From contig NC_089432.1 in assembly GCF_026210795.1 (NCBI RefSeq), forward strand, positions 5,518,001 to 5,582,000: a stretch of DNA of 64,000 bases. Reading direction: 5' to 3'. Source of the stretch: Rhizophagus irregularis. Taxonomy: Eukaryota. Both the position numbers and the translations under genes were made by a program. The notes beneath the pieces were generated by a model. That model saw nothing but the letters and a program-made list of their open reading frames with translations. It did not search any database and was not told where the DNA came from. Positions 15,013 to 27,998 of the stretch are shown piece after piece; the first letter of the stretch is position 1; each line of letters begins with the position of its first letter.

Positions 15013-17269
15013 AATTTAAAAAAAAATGAAATATGCGTTGTATATGTAAATTTTTTTATTCGATTGTAAGTTATGAAATTTAAAATAATGAAAATTATAA
15101 AAATGTGTTTCGTTAAATTAAATAGAAACTTATTATGAAAGATAATTGTAATTTACTACAATTCAATATTTCATTTACAGTAATATCTAAACAGACAATA
15201 AAGTGATATTTATACTAGATCTCAATTTATATTTAAAATTTTTTAAAAATTTTTTATTAACAATTATTTTTCCAAAAATCTTTATAAGATCTTAACAATT
15301 TATATTACCTTTACACTTGGTGCAAAAATATTGCAATTTTTCCTTTTTAGATAATTCCATAATTCCAGCAGAAAATTTTATAATTGATATTATCGACTTA
15401 TCGTAATCCAAAAAATGAGTAGAGATATATTAGTAAACTTATCCCGGTGATCCAAATCTTTATAAATATCTGAAAATTTATTTTGTAAATTTTTTAGCCA
15501 CATTGATTCAGATTATAAACAACGATTAATTGAAAAAAATGATTCGATAACTTAGATCACATGATTATAGTTAAAAAATGGTAAAGTTATATATAGGAAT
15601 TACTTTAACCAACCCCGAAGTAGATAATGCCGCAATATTCTAAAAATGAGCAAAGTAATTCGTAGTTTATAATTTTTACCGAATGCCAATAATCTGATTG
15701 ATTTTCTGCGCCTCCGTGGCGTAGCCTACATCACGTGAATTTATTTTTCCCACTCCTATGAATATCGCTTGACTAACGAGTAAAAAATCAGTGGTTATGG
15801 CCCAAAATGGCATGTTACTCGAAGAGCTGAATGACGTTAAACTAGATAATCAATGCGTTTCGTCGGAATTTTTTAGATGGTAACAGTTAAACAATTTAAT
15901 TATCTTTGCACAGCTGGGAAACAAGTCTCTTTTATACTTCATTTATACCTGCGCATGGAATTGTGAATTTAACCGGATCATATAAGATCACGTTATTTTC
16001 ATCTTAAGAGAAAATTCGAATAACGGCTTCGAGAAATTAAAAAATCTTCCTTTTTCATTTATTTACTGCGATCACACACAATGGCGTGCTTTACTATGCA
16101 ACCACTAACCCTAAAACGGTTTAATGAGCGATTAGACTACATATGTGAACTAACGTAGATGAGATAGCAAAAATCTCTGAAGATTATGTCATTTTCGGAG
16201 CACCCAAAATGGTAATTTAAAATGTATAATACAATGAATACTATTGAACCCCTTTTCATTGTAAATGCAGGCTGATCGAAATCTGTAATGTAGTAGATGA
16301 GCTGCTTTAATCGCCCATTTTTACCGTTTCAGGGATAAACTATACAAGTAATTTCTTGGCCGTCTTGGTAAATTATAATTAAAAAAGATGTCAGAAAAAT
16401 AATAAAGATTTTTGGGCATCTGATTTTAACAATATTGAAAATTTTAAGATCCCAAATTTATTAAAGCATAAAGTGGTTGACGCTTCTATTCTTAGTTCTT
16501 TTAAAACATATTTGTGAATAGCTCTAACGATTTTATATATCAAAAGGAAAAAATTCAAACTTTATATTAGCTTCACCAAGCTTTTTCCGCTTTGATACGT
16601 TTATTATGTTTGGTTAAGAAATCATCTAAATTACGGTATGGCCGTTTTTCAACAATTTTACCAGCGGTAACAACGTCAACATCAGGAATAATATTTTTAA
16701 TTTTTGTCAGTTAGGATTGATATCTTTGGCAAGATAAAATGTAGAACGTAATGAAAAAATGGGACTAAAGTATTTCCTTGAAGCTAGTTATTGAAATTTT
16801 GTTCACGTAGAATTTATCGTAAAAGTCCTAAATTTTGATTGGTTAATTTTAAAATAGTTGTTATTCTATATTAAATATAATTTATTGTAATTATTGTATA
16901 AAAAAATAAAAAAAAAATATTTTATTTGGTAAAGTAATTTTTTCTTTTAAAAAAAAAATACAAAATTAATAAATCAAGTGATATATTTTAACCTAAAATT
17001 TTTTTTAAAAATCACTGTCAAAAATTATATGTTAATTAAATAAAAATAATTTATTGTATTTATTGTAACAAAAAAATTAAAAAATATATTTATTGAAAGT
17101 AATTTTATTTTTTTTAAAAAAAAAAAATAAAAAAAAATGAATTTAATTTTCCTAAATATAATTTGTATGAATTTTTCTTGAAACTTTAACAATGGTATTT
17201 AATTTGTTGATTAAATAATCATTATACGAAAAAAATATATATATATATATATTTTTGTTAAAAACAAGA

Positions 17270-18490
17270 TTTTCCCTCTGTTCCTTTACTTGCATTAACA
17301 GCTACATGTTCACCTGAAGATGCAGCTAAATTTATACAGTCTTAGAAAGACCAAACATAAAAGTTATCAGAAGTCCTATAATTCATCATCAGGATATTGC
17401 ATTGGAAGTTCAACCAAAACCAATAGGGAAAAAAAACTTTACCAGGCAAGTATTTAATCTTTTAGATAATCATGAAGGAGAAGGACGAGTAATTATATTT
17501 TCCGCTACCATTCAAAATTGTATTGATATTACTGATGAATTGCGAAAAGCATTTGACCCTTCACCCTTCTATTGTAGCTATGTATCATGGAAAGATGTCT
17601 AGTTCGAACAAGCTGCCACCTCTAATGCGTGGAAAAATGGAATAATTAGAATAATGTCAGCAACATCTGTATTTGGAATGGGAATAAATGTACTCGATGT
17701 TACTTTAATAATACACACCACTTTACCTTTATCAAATGAACAATATGTACAAGAAATTGGGCGTGTTGGTTATTTAGGCCAAGGATCAAAAGCCATAATT
17801 TTCTATTCACGTGGAGACATTCGTACTTTATTAGTAATTATTGGTGGAGGACAGGAAAAGTAAGTAAATCCAATACTAAAAAATATTAGTTTGTCAAATC
17901 ATGAGGAAATGTATCATTTATAAGATACCAACGTGACCCTAAAGAAAAATTATGTTAATGGCATTGTATACAGATTCCATTTATGAATGCCGTCAGCAAC
18001 TTACATACCAATCGTTCCAATGGTTCCAATGGTTATACGATCCTCCAATTTTACAATGTATGATTTGTGATAATTGTTTGCGCCGAGAAAAGGATACACC
18101 GTCAATATATGACGCACAGTCTGAAGCTGTGCGAATGATACGAATAGTTATTTGGGGTCTCTTATATGCTGTACTAATAAAAGCATAACATGCATTATAT
18201 TACACGAGAAGACATAATAGATGTTTTCTATAATAAGAAAAATAACAATGTCAACCAAAAAAATTTGAATAAATTATCTTTATATTCAGAAGCTCGTATT
18301 CAAATTAGGTTACGGCCACAAAAGTTGGTATGTACCTGCTTGATTGGTTAATTACTGAAGAAATTATATACCAATTTATTGAACTAGGACAGATTCCTCA
18401 ATATTGACTTATATATGTAGAATAGAAGGAGTTAATGTAAATGCCGAAGATTTGATTTTAGCAAAAAATTGGAATTTGTATATAAAATAA
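17270..18490 (+). pseudogene. RecQ-family helicase remnant (motif III through the RQC Zn-binding region), 5'-truncated
   Basis: FPSVPLLALTATCS, SATSVFGMGINVLDVTLIIH..LPLSNEQYVQEIGRVG, CRQQL...CMICDNC. Multiple frameshifts and no Walker A/DEAH region seen. Confidence 0.8.
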
Positions 18491-18632
18491 TAAAGAACAA
18501 AAGTTGTGTAAAGCAAAATTATAAATATTTTATTTAAATTAATAATTATTTTTTATCGAAATGATAAATTTTTATAAAAAAATGATTAATTAGTTCTATT
18601 TTTAAACGGGTTACACGATCATCAACTAAATA

Positions 18633-20477
18633 TCAACAAAAAGACCCTACCCTTAGTAACCTTCTGGTTTTAATTTTCTTCATATTAAGACCATATTCAA
18701 GCGCTTTAATTTTGTAATAAATTTATTTAGATTTTATTAATAAACAAAAATTACAACGTCAATATACGATTACCTCCTCTGAGACTGGCAACTACTGGTT
18801 GGGACGGTACGGAAATATTACTGTTCTTGACTTTACTCGAAAATTCTTCTCTAATTCTTTTTTGTAAATACCTAGATTCATTAAAACCTCCGACCAAGAA
18901 CATAGCAGAAATGGGACCACTATTATTAAGTTGTTCACATATTAATTTAATAATCTTGTTAACTACAGGATCAAATATTCTTTTAACATCTTCAAATTTA
19001 AGTTCTATGATCCATTCATCTTCTTCCAATTGTTCTAATTTATCACCCGTGACATATTGTTTTATAATTGGACAAACATATTCTAAATCCAATTCGACAG
19101 TTTTATACTCTTCTTTATTTCCCGTAAACAAAAACTTTACTTTTTTACAAAATTCCTTAACCATATATTGTAGTTCTCCGTAATGATTTTCCTCAAGCAA
19201 TGTCAAAACCGTAGATCCTATTTTCCTTGCAATAAAAGCAAGAAAACTTTTGTCAACATAAACTCCTCCACAAAATCCACTTGCTCTAATTGTTTTTTCT
19301 TCCAATTTATCATTTTCCAATAACTGCCATGTGGTTAAATCCACTGTGCTATTTCCGCAATCAACAATTAAGAAGTTGGCTAAATCAAAATTTATAAAAT
19401 TTATTAGTAATTATTTCATACTCTGAAATAAGCATTAGAAAAAATTAAATATACATACTTCCCATACTTCCCACGGTATCTAAATTATGCTCCTTTAGCA
19501 CTTTCATGCAATATACAGCTTTTTTTTTTTTTTTTTGAAAGAAAAACGTTAGATAAATTCCAAATAATAATTTGTAGTTGAACTTGATATTAATTACCAG
19601 CTGCCTCAGCTATTAAAACCAGAATGAAAAAGTTTATTGATTATTTTTATAAATTAAAATCGGATATGAGACGTTAAACATTGAAATATAAACTCACGTT
19701 CAGTAATAAATTGTAATTTTTCAGAACTTTTTACGTTAATTAAACCTGCTTCATAAATACATTCCCTCATTATTGCCTTCGCTTGATCGGAGAATACTGC
19801 GGGAACTGTTAATATAATCAAAACTTGTTCCATGAACTTTACATTCGGCCATCTGGTTGCTATTGTCTCCTTGATTAACTATTTATAAAGAAATCCAATA
19901 AAAATGAAAAAAAATTTCAATAACAAAAAAGACCATACTTAAATAAATACAAAAATGCTTACTTCTCCCATACATTTCAAGTAATCAGTGATGGCTTTCT
20001 TATAATTTATGCCTTTAGGCAGAACAGGTTTCTCATTATCAGGAATATTAGATAAATGTAATTTAAAATGTTCGACCGGTTTTGAAGCAGTCTGATTTTT
20101 TGATTTTCCCTTTACTTTTTTTTGGTTTTTAGCTAACGCCGGAAACCCCCATTCTACAACATTTTTAAAATTTTTATCATATTGTAATGCTGTATTTGTT
20201 TTTAATGGACCGATTTGGTCGGGCCAAGTATCATTCGTAATAATTTCGTTATCTATTTTATGTGCATATGCAAATCCCTAAAAATTTTGCAATGATTTAA
20301 TGAAAATTCAATAGTTTAAAATAAGAAGATTAAATAGAATAACTTACAGAATATGTTGTTCCAAAATCTCTTGGTTTGAATAAATGAATTTTTTTAGCAA
20401 TGATTTTCTAAATAATAGCAGTATTTAAAAAATGAATTTAGATAATTACCAATGGATACTACGACACGATTTTCCAT
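18633..20477 (-). CDS. HSPA12-like Hsp70/actin-like ATPase, multi-exon with micro-exons, C-terminally truncated
   Basis: MENRVVVSI|DFGTTYS|GFAYAH, VLILTVPAVF-like segment, LQFITE|PEAA|AVYC, FLIVDCGNSTVDLT, CGGVYVDKSF, MFLVGGFNESRYLQ. Stops soon after ALEYGLNMKKIKTR. Confidence 0.85.
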
Positions 20478-21347
20478 TTATGGAAAAAAGAGTCCAGAGA
20501 ATTCTATCAAAGGAAAAAAAAAGCAAGAAACGAAAAATAGTTCAACGGAATTCTTTCAGAGAAAAAGGAAAACCAGAAATGAAAAAAGTCCGAATAGATA
20601 AATAAATAAATAAACACGAATATGTTAAGATCTGATTCGTTCTCATCACGTTTGTTGTTAGCAAAATGATTCCGTGTCACATTATACTCTCTGTGTTATA
20701 TAAACAAAGTTATCAGCAAGTGATGTACTACAACATTCACATCTTCCAATAAAATAAAGCGAAATTGGTAGTAAACTTTAATCTTCACATTATGTTTAAA
20801 AAAAATACAGATGTTGACGGACTGATATATTTTACTAATAGCTAAATAATTGATATTTTTTTTTATCGGCTAAATATCACTAAATTAAATCTTTTAATAA
20901 ATTTTGCAGTTTAGTTATACTTTATCGTAGAGTAAAAAAACAGACAATAACTTTTTCCTGTTTGGTAATCTGTTGTACTCTTTAAAATACTGTATTACAA
21001 TTTTTTTTTATATTTTTTTAAAATAAAGTGACCCATAAACTCCCAGGTAAACGATCATCAAAACACTTGCAACGTATACTCTTTTTTGGTTTTGATCTAC
21101 ACAAGAGGTCGGGGAGCTTGGCATGATTTTAAAAGATCTTTTAAATGAAAGTTATTGTAAAAAAAAAAAATGATTTATAAATATGCAAATTGTTGATCTC
21201 TCTTTTATAAATAAGCCTCGTTAAAATAAATAAATTTTTTAAATCTAGCTTTTTCTTAAATAAAATGATGTTTTCTATTTATAATGAGTAAATTAAGTAT
21301 AGATAAATGGCAGATTTCGGTTTATTATAAGTTAAAATGGTAAAATA

Positions 21348-21829
21348 TAGGGATTGGAATCGATTATCATTATTAGAATCGATTTTAGAATCGATTAATC
21401 GTCGATTAATCGTTAATCGAAATTATACTACTACCGGTCACGTGACTATTAAAATTTATTAAGATCGACATAAAAATTTCCTTTTTTGGAATTTTGTACA
21501 ACATAACTTGAATTTCGTTGGACAACAAAATTTCCTTTTTTGGATTTTTGTTAATGTCACGTGACAGCGACCTAACTTCTTATTAACGGACTACCCCAAA
21601 ATGTCACGAAACGGCCGGCATTAAGAAATTAAGAAATTAACTGTGTGACAAATAATGTGGTTTTTGTCAACCGAAATAAAACCAATACTTGTAGGGTACG
21701 CAGGGGAAATCTTATTAACGCTACTGCGCCACAATAAGTAAATTCGATTTTTATTCGATAATCGATTTAAAATCGATTCTTATCGATTTTCGATAAATTC
21801 GATTATTGTAAAATCGATTCCAATCCCTA
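21348..21829. mobile_element. hAT-type MITE
   Basis: Perfect TIR TAGGGATTGGAATCGATT / AATCGATTCCAATCCCTA, exact 8-bp TSD GTAAAATA on both sides, subterminal AATCGATT repeats. Confidence 0.93.
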
Positions 21830-23390
21830 GTAAAATAATAAAAATTTAAGGGAATTGCTAAACATCGCCTGGGTGATTGTCGCCTGGATTTTTTTTCAAA
21901 TGTCACATGATGTACAATATATTGGCTGACAGCTGATTTGATCAGCTAAAAAAAAATCATATTTATTCAAAATAACAGATCGCAATTATTGAGTTATCCG
22001 GTTACCTTTTATTTTGTTATTATTTTTATTGTAATTTTTTTTGGTTGTCGGTAAATTTTTTATTATAATAGAACAAAAAATATTTAATTATATTGATTAT
22101 AAATCATAAATCAGATATGTTTCCATGATACTAATGCGGTTGTCATACTTCTTTTGTATATGATGATGAATATAACATGAAGTATTTAGTTGTTAATGCT
22201 GTAATCCAAATAACTTCTTCTCAGAAGTTGAGGTGCCTAATCAACGAGCCTGTAGCAGAATACATGGGTACCGAAATATTACGGCAGTAACGACACATTA
22301 CACCAATTCGGTATTACACGAATCTTCGAACAAAAATTTGATGTAATACTATATATTTCACCATTACGCCTTAATAAAATCTTCAATATATTTTCACGAA
22401 TATTATTTGAGTCGTAGGTTCTATTTCCCTTTATATCCATTTTATCACACAATATAAAATGTGATGTAGTACAATACAAAAAGCTTGGATCATTTGTGAC
22501 GTTTAACTCCGTGAATCCAGTAGACATTATGATGAAAGAAATATTTAATAATACGAAATTGATGTAATTAGTTTTCAATAATAAAGGCTTATAATATAAA
22601 TAAGTTAAATTTGATTAATAATGTGTAGAAAATGTTTTTTTACGCGAATTTGTTATTATAAAGAGCGATCGCCACTGGACTAGTGTAATTTCTTATTTGT
22701 GTTTCCCTTAACAATATTGTTTAATGATAAGATTAAATTTATACTTTAAATTACAAATCAGAATGCTCATTTCTACATACATCAGACGATAATCATTTAT
22801 TGAACTTTTATAATTATAAATAATATGCCAAAATACTAAACTCGAAATATAATATGATATTGTATACCCGACGCACGTAACGCACATAATATTACTAATC
22901 GTATTACCGGTAAGACGGTAACTATATTACTTTATACATTTCAGCATCATTTTTCAATATTACCGATTTATATTACTGCTTTTGATATAAAAAGTTTACC
23001 AATAAAAGGGACGACTAAAGCGGTGCTGTATCACGTGATCATAGTTAATATTTGTCAAGTCTATTATTCACTTTTCCGTTTTATTAAGTATTCTGGAGAA
23101 CGAAATCATTCTTAAACATGATGTTTAATGAAACTGTTCAGAGATAAAGAGTTCCTTCCTGCAACCTTAATAAGCATTATTCACAAATTTGCATATAATA
23201 GTAATAGTTCAAAGCAACTGTTTATTACAGGAATTACAAATTTTAAAAAGATACTGTAATCCACATGAATTATAGAATTTTTTCAATTTTATTGTATTAC
23301 AAAAAAGTATTTAATGATAATAAAATAAATAAATAAATACAAATTTTATCAATTTTAAAAGATCTAAATACCATTACCATATCAGATATT

Positions 23391-23700
23391 TTAACCCATG
23401 CAAATAGTCATTACTGCAGAATAAATAAGAACCCAAGTTTTATTAAACATAATAAATAACAATAAGCTTTCACTAAAGCCCCTTTTTAATTTATTTAATT
23501 TATTTTGAGCATACTGATATCCTTGCCTAGAAGTTTTCTCATACCAATAATTTGCTATATTTATATTCTTTTTAATACCTTTTCCATATTCATACATTAA
23601 AGCAAGATTGTATTGGGCTAAAATCATTTCCTAAATTTGCTACTTTTTGATATAGTTTAAATGCCTTTTGTCTATCAATTAAGTTCCGATACCTTTTTCA
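23391..23700 (-). pseudogene. Isolated Sel1-repeat C-terminal fragment
   Basis: RQKAFKLYQKVANLGN..LAQYNLALMYEYGKGIKKNINIANYWYEK, paralogous to the end of the 4.6 kb gene. No upstream exons visible. Confidence 0.7.
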
Positions 23701-23739
23701 TAATTTTATTTATATTTTATACCATACCGTCTTACGTAT

Positions 23740-24025
23740 TATACCTATTATTAGAAAAAAAAAATTCCTGAAAGATCTATAGCGATCTATCGGCATTATT
23801 AAAAATAAATCAGAGAATTTTATTTATACAATATCTGCCTTATGTATTATACGACCTATTGTTATTATTAGAAAAAAAAATTTAGAAAAATTTCTGAAAG
23901 ATTTTGTTATATCTATAACGATCTATTGGCATTATTAAAAAAAATCAGAAAATTTTATTTATATACTAATCTATTGTTATTTGTTATTATTAGAAAAAAA
24001 AAATTTAAAAAAAAAATTTCTGAAA
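23740..24025. repeat. Degenerate tandem repeat, unit ~120 bp
   Basis: ATTATTAGAAAAAAAA..TTTCTGAAAGAT..GATCTAT(C/T)GGCATTATTAAAAA recurs about 2.5 times. Confidence 0.6.
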
Positions 24026-24444
24026 CTCTCGCCGTCTCGCCGTAATATTATTGTCCAATCTTAAACAAAGCATTGTTTATTAATATTTATTGATTTTTTT
24101 TTTTTTTTTTTGTAAAAATAAATTTTATTGAATACTCGAGTCTAAACTTTAGCTACTACCATCGAAATGTTAATTTTTTTCTTATTATAATAGACAACAT
24201 CAAAAAATTAAATAGTATACTAATTCATTAAATCAATATCTGATATACGGTATTTATACATTTAATAATTTGAATAAATTTATTAAAATTATTTAAATTA
24301 CAAACTAAGAATTTTTGTAAAACATTTACTACTCTAATCTTAGTGTTTAAATAATCCATGATAAATAAATAAATAAATAAATAAACGATAATAATTTAAA
24401 ATATAAAAAAAAAATATTGTTAATTTGATTCATCAAAAGACAAT

Positions 24445-26699
24445 TTAAAATCCATCTAAAGATAAAAAATAGATTAATTATTTGCTTTATAAGGAAATTT
24501 ATATTTTTCTACTTTATTTTAAGAGCTTACCATCAGGAATTTCCAGTTCATCTTGTTCTTCTGAATGAAAGTTTGGATTATTATATACTTCGTCATCATC
24601 TGTAATAGATAAGTAAATAGAATTAAAACAATATTAAAATCATTCGTTATTACATAAAATTTTCACCTACCATCGACATATTTTTGAGTTTTCTCTTTTT
24701 CGTCATCTAAATTTTAAATAAAAGTCGCGTTTAATAAATTAAATTGATATAGTAACTTTATTTGTTAACTTACTATTTGACTTTATTTGCAACTTTTTAA
24801 ATAATTTAGATAATTTTTTACTACTATCTAAAAATTAAGATATAGAATTATTATATAAATCGATCTCGATTTGACGATAATTAAAATATATTACCTCTAA
24901 AAATAGTAATTACTTTTGATGATTTGCTACTATTCTGCTCATTTGATTTATTAAAGTCGTCAACTAAAATAAAAATCAATTATTAAACATCATTATATGA
25001 TAATTCAACGCTATAATGTTATTAAATACTTACTATTGTTAGGAATGTTAAAATCATACAATTTACTATGAAACACTATTAACAGTAAAATAAAGTATTT
25101 AAAGCTAAATTAGTATAGTAATCAAAAAATAGTAGATTATATGGTTATACCTTCTTGTTCTTCTATTATAATAAAAAGATAACATTAATAATGTATTTTG
25201 AAATAAATATATTGATTAATAAATATTATACACTTATACCTTCTGTTGCATTTCTTGGTTCAGGTAGATTTCCAAAGTTGTGAATTTTACTTGTAGATAA
25301 TCTGCTACTCGTATAATTTTCTTCTACTTTACTCATATCTAAATTATCCATTTCTGATTTGAATAATTCATCTGACATATTTTGATAATGTAAGTTAATA
25401 TCGTTTATTTTATTACAAAGTGTATTAGCGTCAGGTCTTTTTAATGGATCAGCATCCCAACATTCTTTCATTAAATTTTTATATTCTAATGGAGTTCCTG
25501 GCACAATTTTTGGCCTTATACCGTTAATAATATTCATTACAATATCATTTTCATGTTCATAATTTATAAATGGTGTTTGTCCAGATGAAATTTCCCACAT
25601 AAGAATTGCAATACTATAAATATCAGATGCAAAAGTATATTCTCTTCCAACAATAACTTCGGGTGCTATGTAAGGAAGATTTCCATATATACTTGTTGAA
25701 CATTTATCAGCAGGTCCACAAAATCCAAGATCACTAATAATCCATTGATCATTAAATTGTGAGTATAATATATTTCCAGAATGTAAATCTCTATGAATTG
25801 CTTTCTCTTTATGAATATAATAAAGTGCAAGAATTATTTCATAAGTAATATTAATTCTCTTTTTCCATGTAAGTTGATTATGATTTTGTTGTAAATATTT
25901 TCTTAAATCTATATCCATTTTCTCTATTACAAGCATATAATTTCCATTTGATGGATTTTGCGTTAAACCATAACATCGAACAACATCCGGCCATTTATTA
26001 CTTATAGTTAAATGTGATTTAGCCTAAAAGTCAATAATTTGTAAAAATACTAGTGCTAATACAAAAATTACAACAATTTTATAAAATATAGAATACAATA
26101 ATACAAACCTCTTCAAACCAACTTTGATTTGCACTTTCAACATTTTCTAATTTTTTAAGTATTATTTTAATGGTTCCACCTCTTTCTAATTGTTTTTTTC
26201 CAAAATTCCATTCATCATATCTTCCATCAACCCAATCTGCTGTATAAATTTCAGAAAACCCACCTTTTGTTAAATATTTAATATTTTCTAAATTACTATA
26301 TGGGATCCATTCAACTATTTTACTCGGCATGAGTGATTCCATTTGACATTTCTGTATTAAATTATCAATATCATCATTTCCAGATGTCCAATTTGAAAAA
26401 TCTTCTTTTAAATAATTTCGAACACAATATTCACAATATAATGTGGCTAAACATTCTTGCTTACAATTTTCACAAATTCTTTTTGTTCCTGAATTAAAAT
26501 TAACTTTATTCCGATCATAACCTTTAGTTATCCATCTTATTGCATAAGTTTTTTCATCATTTGTAAGAATTTTATCAGCAAGGACTGTTTGTTTTTGAAA
26601 TTCAAATTGTTTGTGTATATTATTGTAAATATTAGTATCTGTTAATGTTGTTGCTCTATTATTTGTTGCAAAAATTAATTCATATCGAAGGGTGGACAT
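24445..26699 (-). CDS. TKL-type protein kinase of the expanded Glomeromycotina family; appears intact, with a tail of short exons
   Basis: N-terminal CENCKQECLATLYCEYC and WTSGNDDID, then KGGFSEIY, HRDLHSGNIL, DLGFCGP, YIAPEV, CWDADPLKRP. Short GT-AG exons follow: EEQE, FHSKLYDFNIPNN, ..., EVYNNPNFHSEEQDELEIPD, GF*. Confidence 0.88.
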
Positions 26700-27919
26700 A
26701 ATGTAATCAATAAGAAAGAAAGAATTAATGAATTATTTAAGTTCATTCACTTGATAAATTAGTAAAATGCAAATTGTTGATCAAAATTTCATGTTGTCCC
26801 ACATAAATTTTGGCGTAATATTTTACGCCTCATTACCAAAAAAAGAAAAATATTACTACCATTTACATATTTAGTATGATCAATAATTTACGTTTACGAA
26901 TATAATAAATTTGATAAACAAAAATCAATGATTGTTATTCAGTCTTAAAAAATCAATATAAAAAATAAAATAACAGATATTAAGTAATTTATATTCCAAA
27001 AATTTACTTGGATTTTTATTTTCATTTCTATTATTAAATTAAATTATATTACAATAAATTTAGTCATAAAAAAAAAAAATTCTTTTTACACAGTGTTTAA
27101 TTTTACTATAATAGGACTGAAGAATATATATAATGTTAGGACCTAATTTTGTAATAAATAAACTTACAATATAATTTTCCGGTAAGTCAAATTAAAAGTG
27201 ATTTATTGTAGGATTTTTTAATATAAAATCTTTTTATTTAATAAAATTCATTTTTTAAAAAATCTTTTTTTAATGAGAAATTTTTTTATAAAATCCATGG
27301 AAATTTTTTTATAAAATCCATGGAAATTTTTTAATAAAATCCATTTGAATTTTTGATATGGATTTTTGTTTGAGAAAACTAATGTGAGATTTTTTTTGAG
27401 AAATTTCTGCATCAAATAATCGATACATTCGGAAAATTTACAAAATTAATTTATTGTTGAAAAAGTTGTTTAATTGAAAAATCTTAAAATATTAATAAAA
27501 CAGAAATCGGCGGAATATTTATAGTTTATGAATCGTAAAAATGGAGCTGGAAATTTTTCATGTCCAAAAATATTAGGACGGAACAAAAGGTGGAAGAGTT
27601 CAAAAAGTATGTAGAGTTTACATTTTTAACGCATTTCGACATCACGAACTGTTTATTCACTCCTTTACGAACACGTAGATATAATTTTTTTCACGTTAGT
27701 GTATGCGTTGCCAAAAGTGTAAACCCAAAAAAGGCCAAGGAGGGTTAGGTGATAGCGCTTAAAAGGAAGAAATAACAGAGGTTTAGGACTACAAAAAGGA
27801 CGACTATTAGCTTTATTTTGAGGACTTTTTGCTCTTTGGATTTTTTCGGTCTTTTGGAATTTTCGTTGCCTTGTTCTTGAATATTATTAAAATATTTATG
27901 TTCGTAATATTCAATTAAT

Positions 27920-27998
27920 TTTTTGCAACATCATCTTCAATCCAATCAGTCCATTCATTTGAATTATCAGTAACTTTAATTTCAGAGTTATTAGACAT
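27920..27998 (-). pseudogene. Orphan 5' fragment of a kinase-Sel1 paralog
   Basis: MSNNSEIKVTDNSNEWTDWIEDDVAK closely matches the start of the gene at 6895 (MFNNSEIKVTNNSNEWINWIEEAVTK). Confidence 0.7.

Noticed and set aside
18827..19183. Plus-strand 118-aa ORF, and similar shadows at 5405, 8847, 47130, 47224, 48557 and 50526
   Set aside because: Antisense or off-frame shadows of real coding exons.
22279..22578. 99-aa minus-strand ORF with a hydrophobic start
   Set aside because: Non-ATG start in the track and no recognisable motif; cannot be supported.
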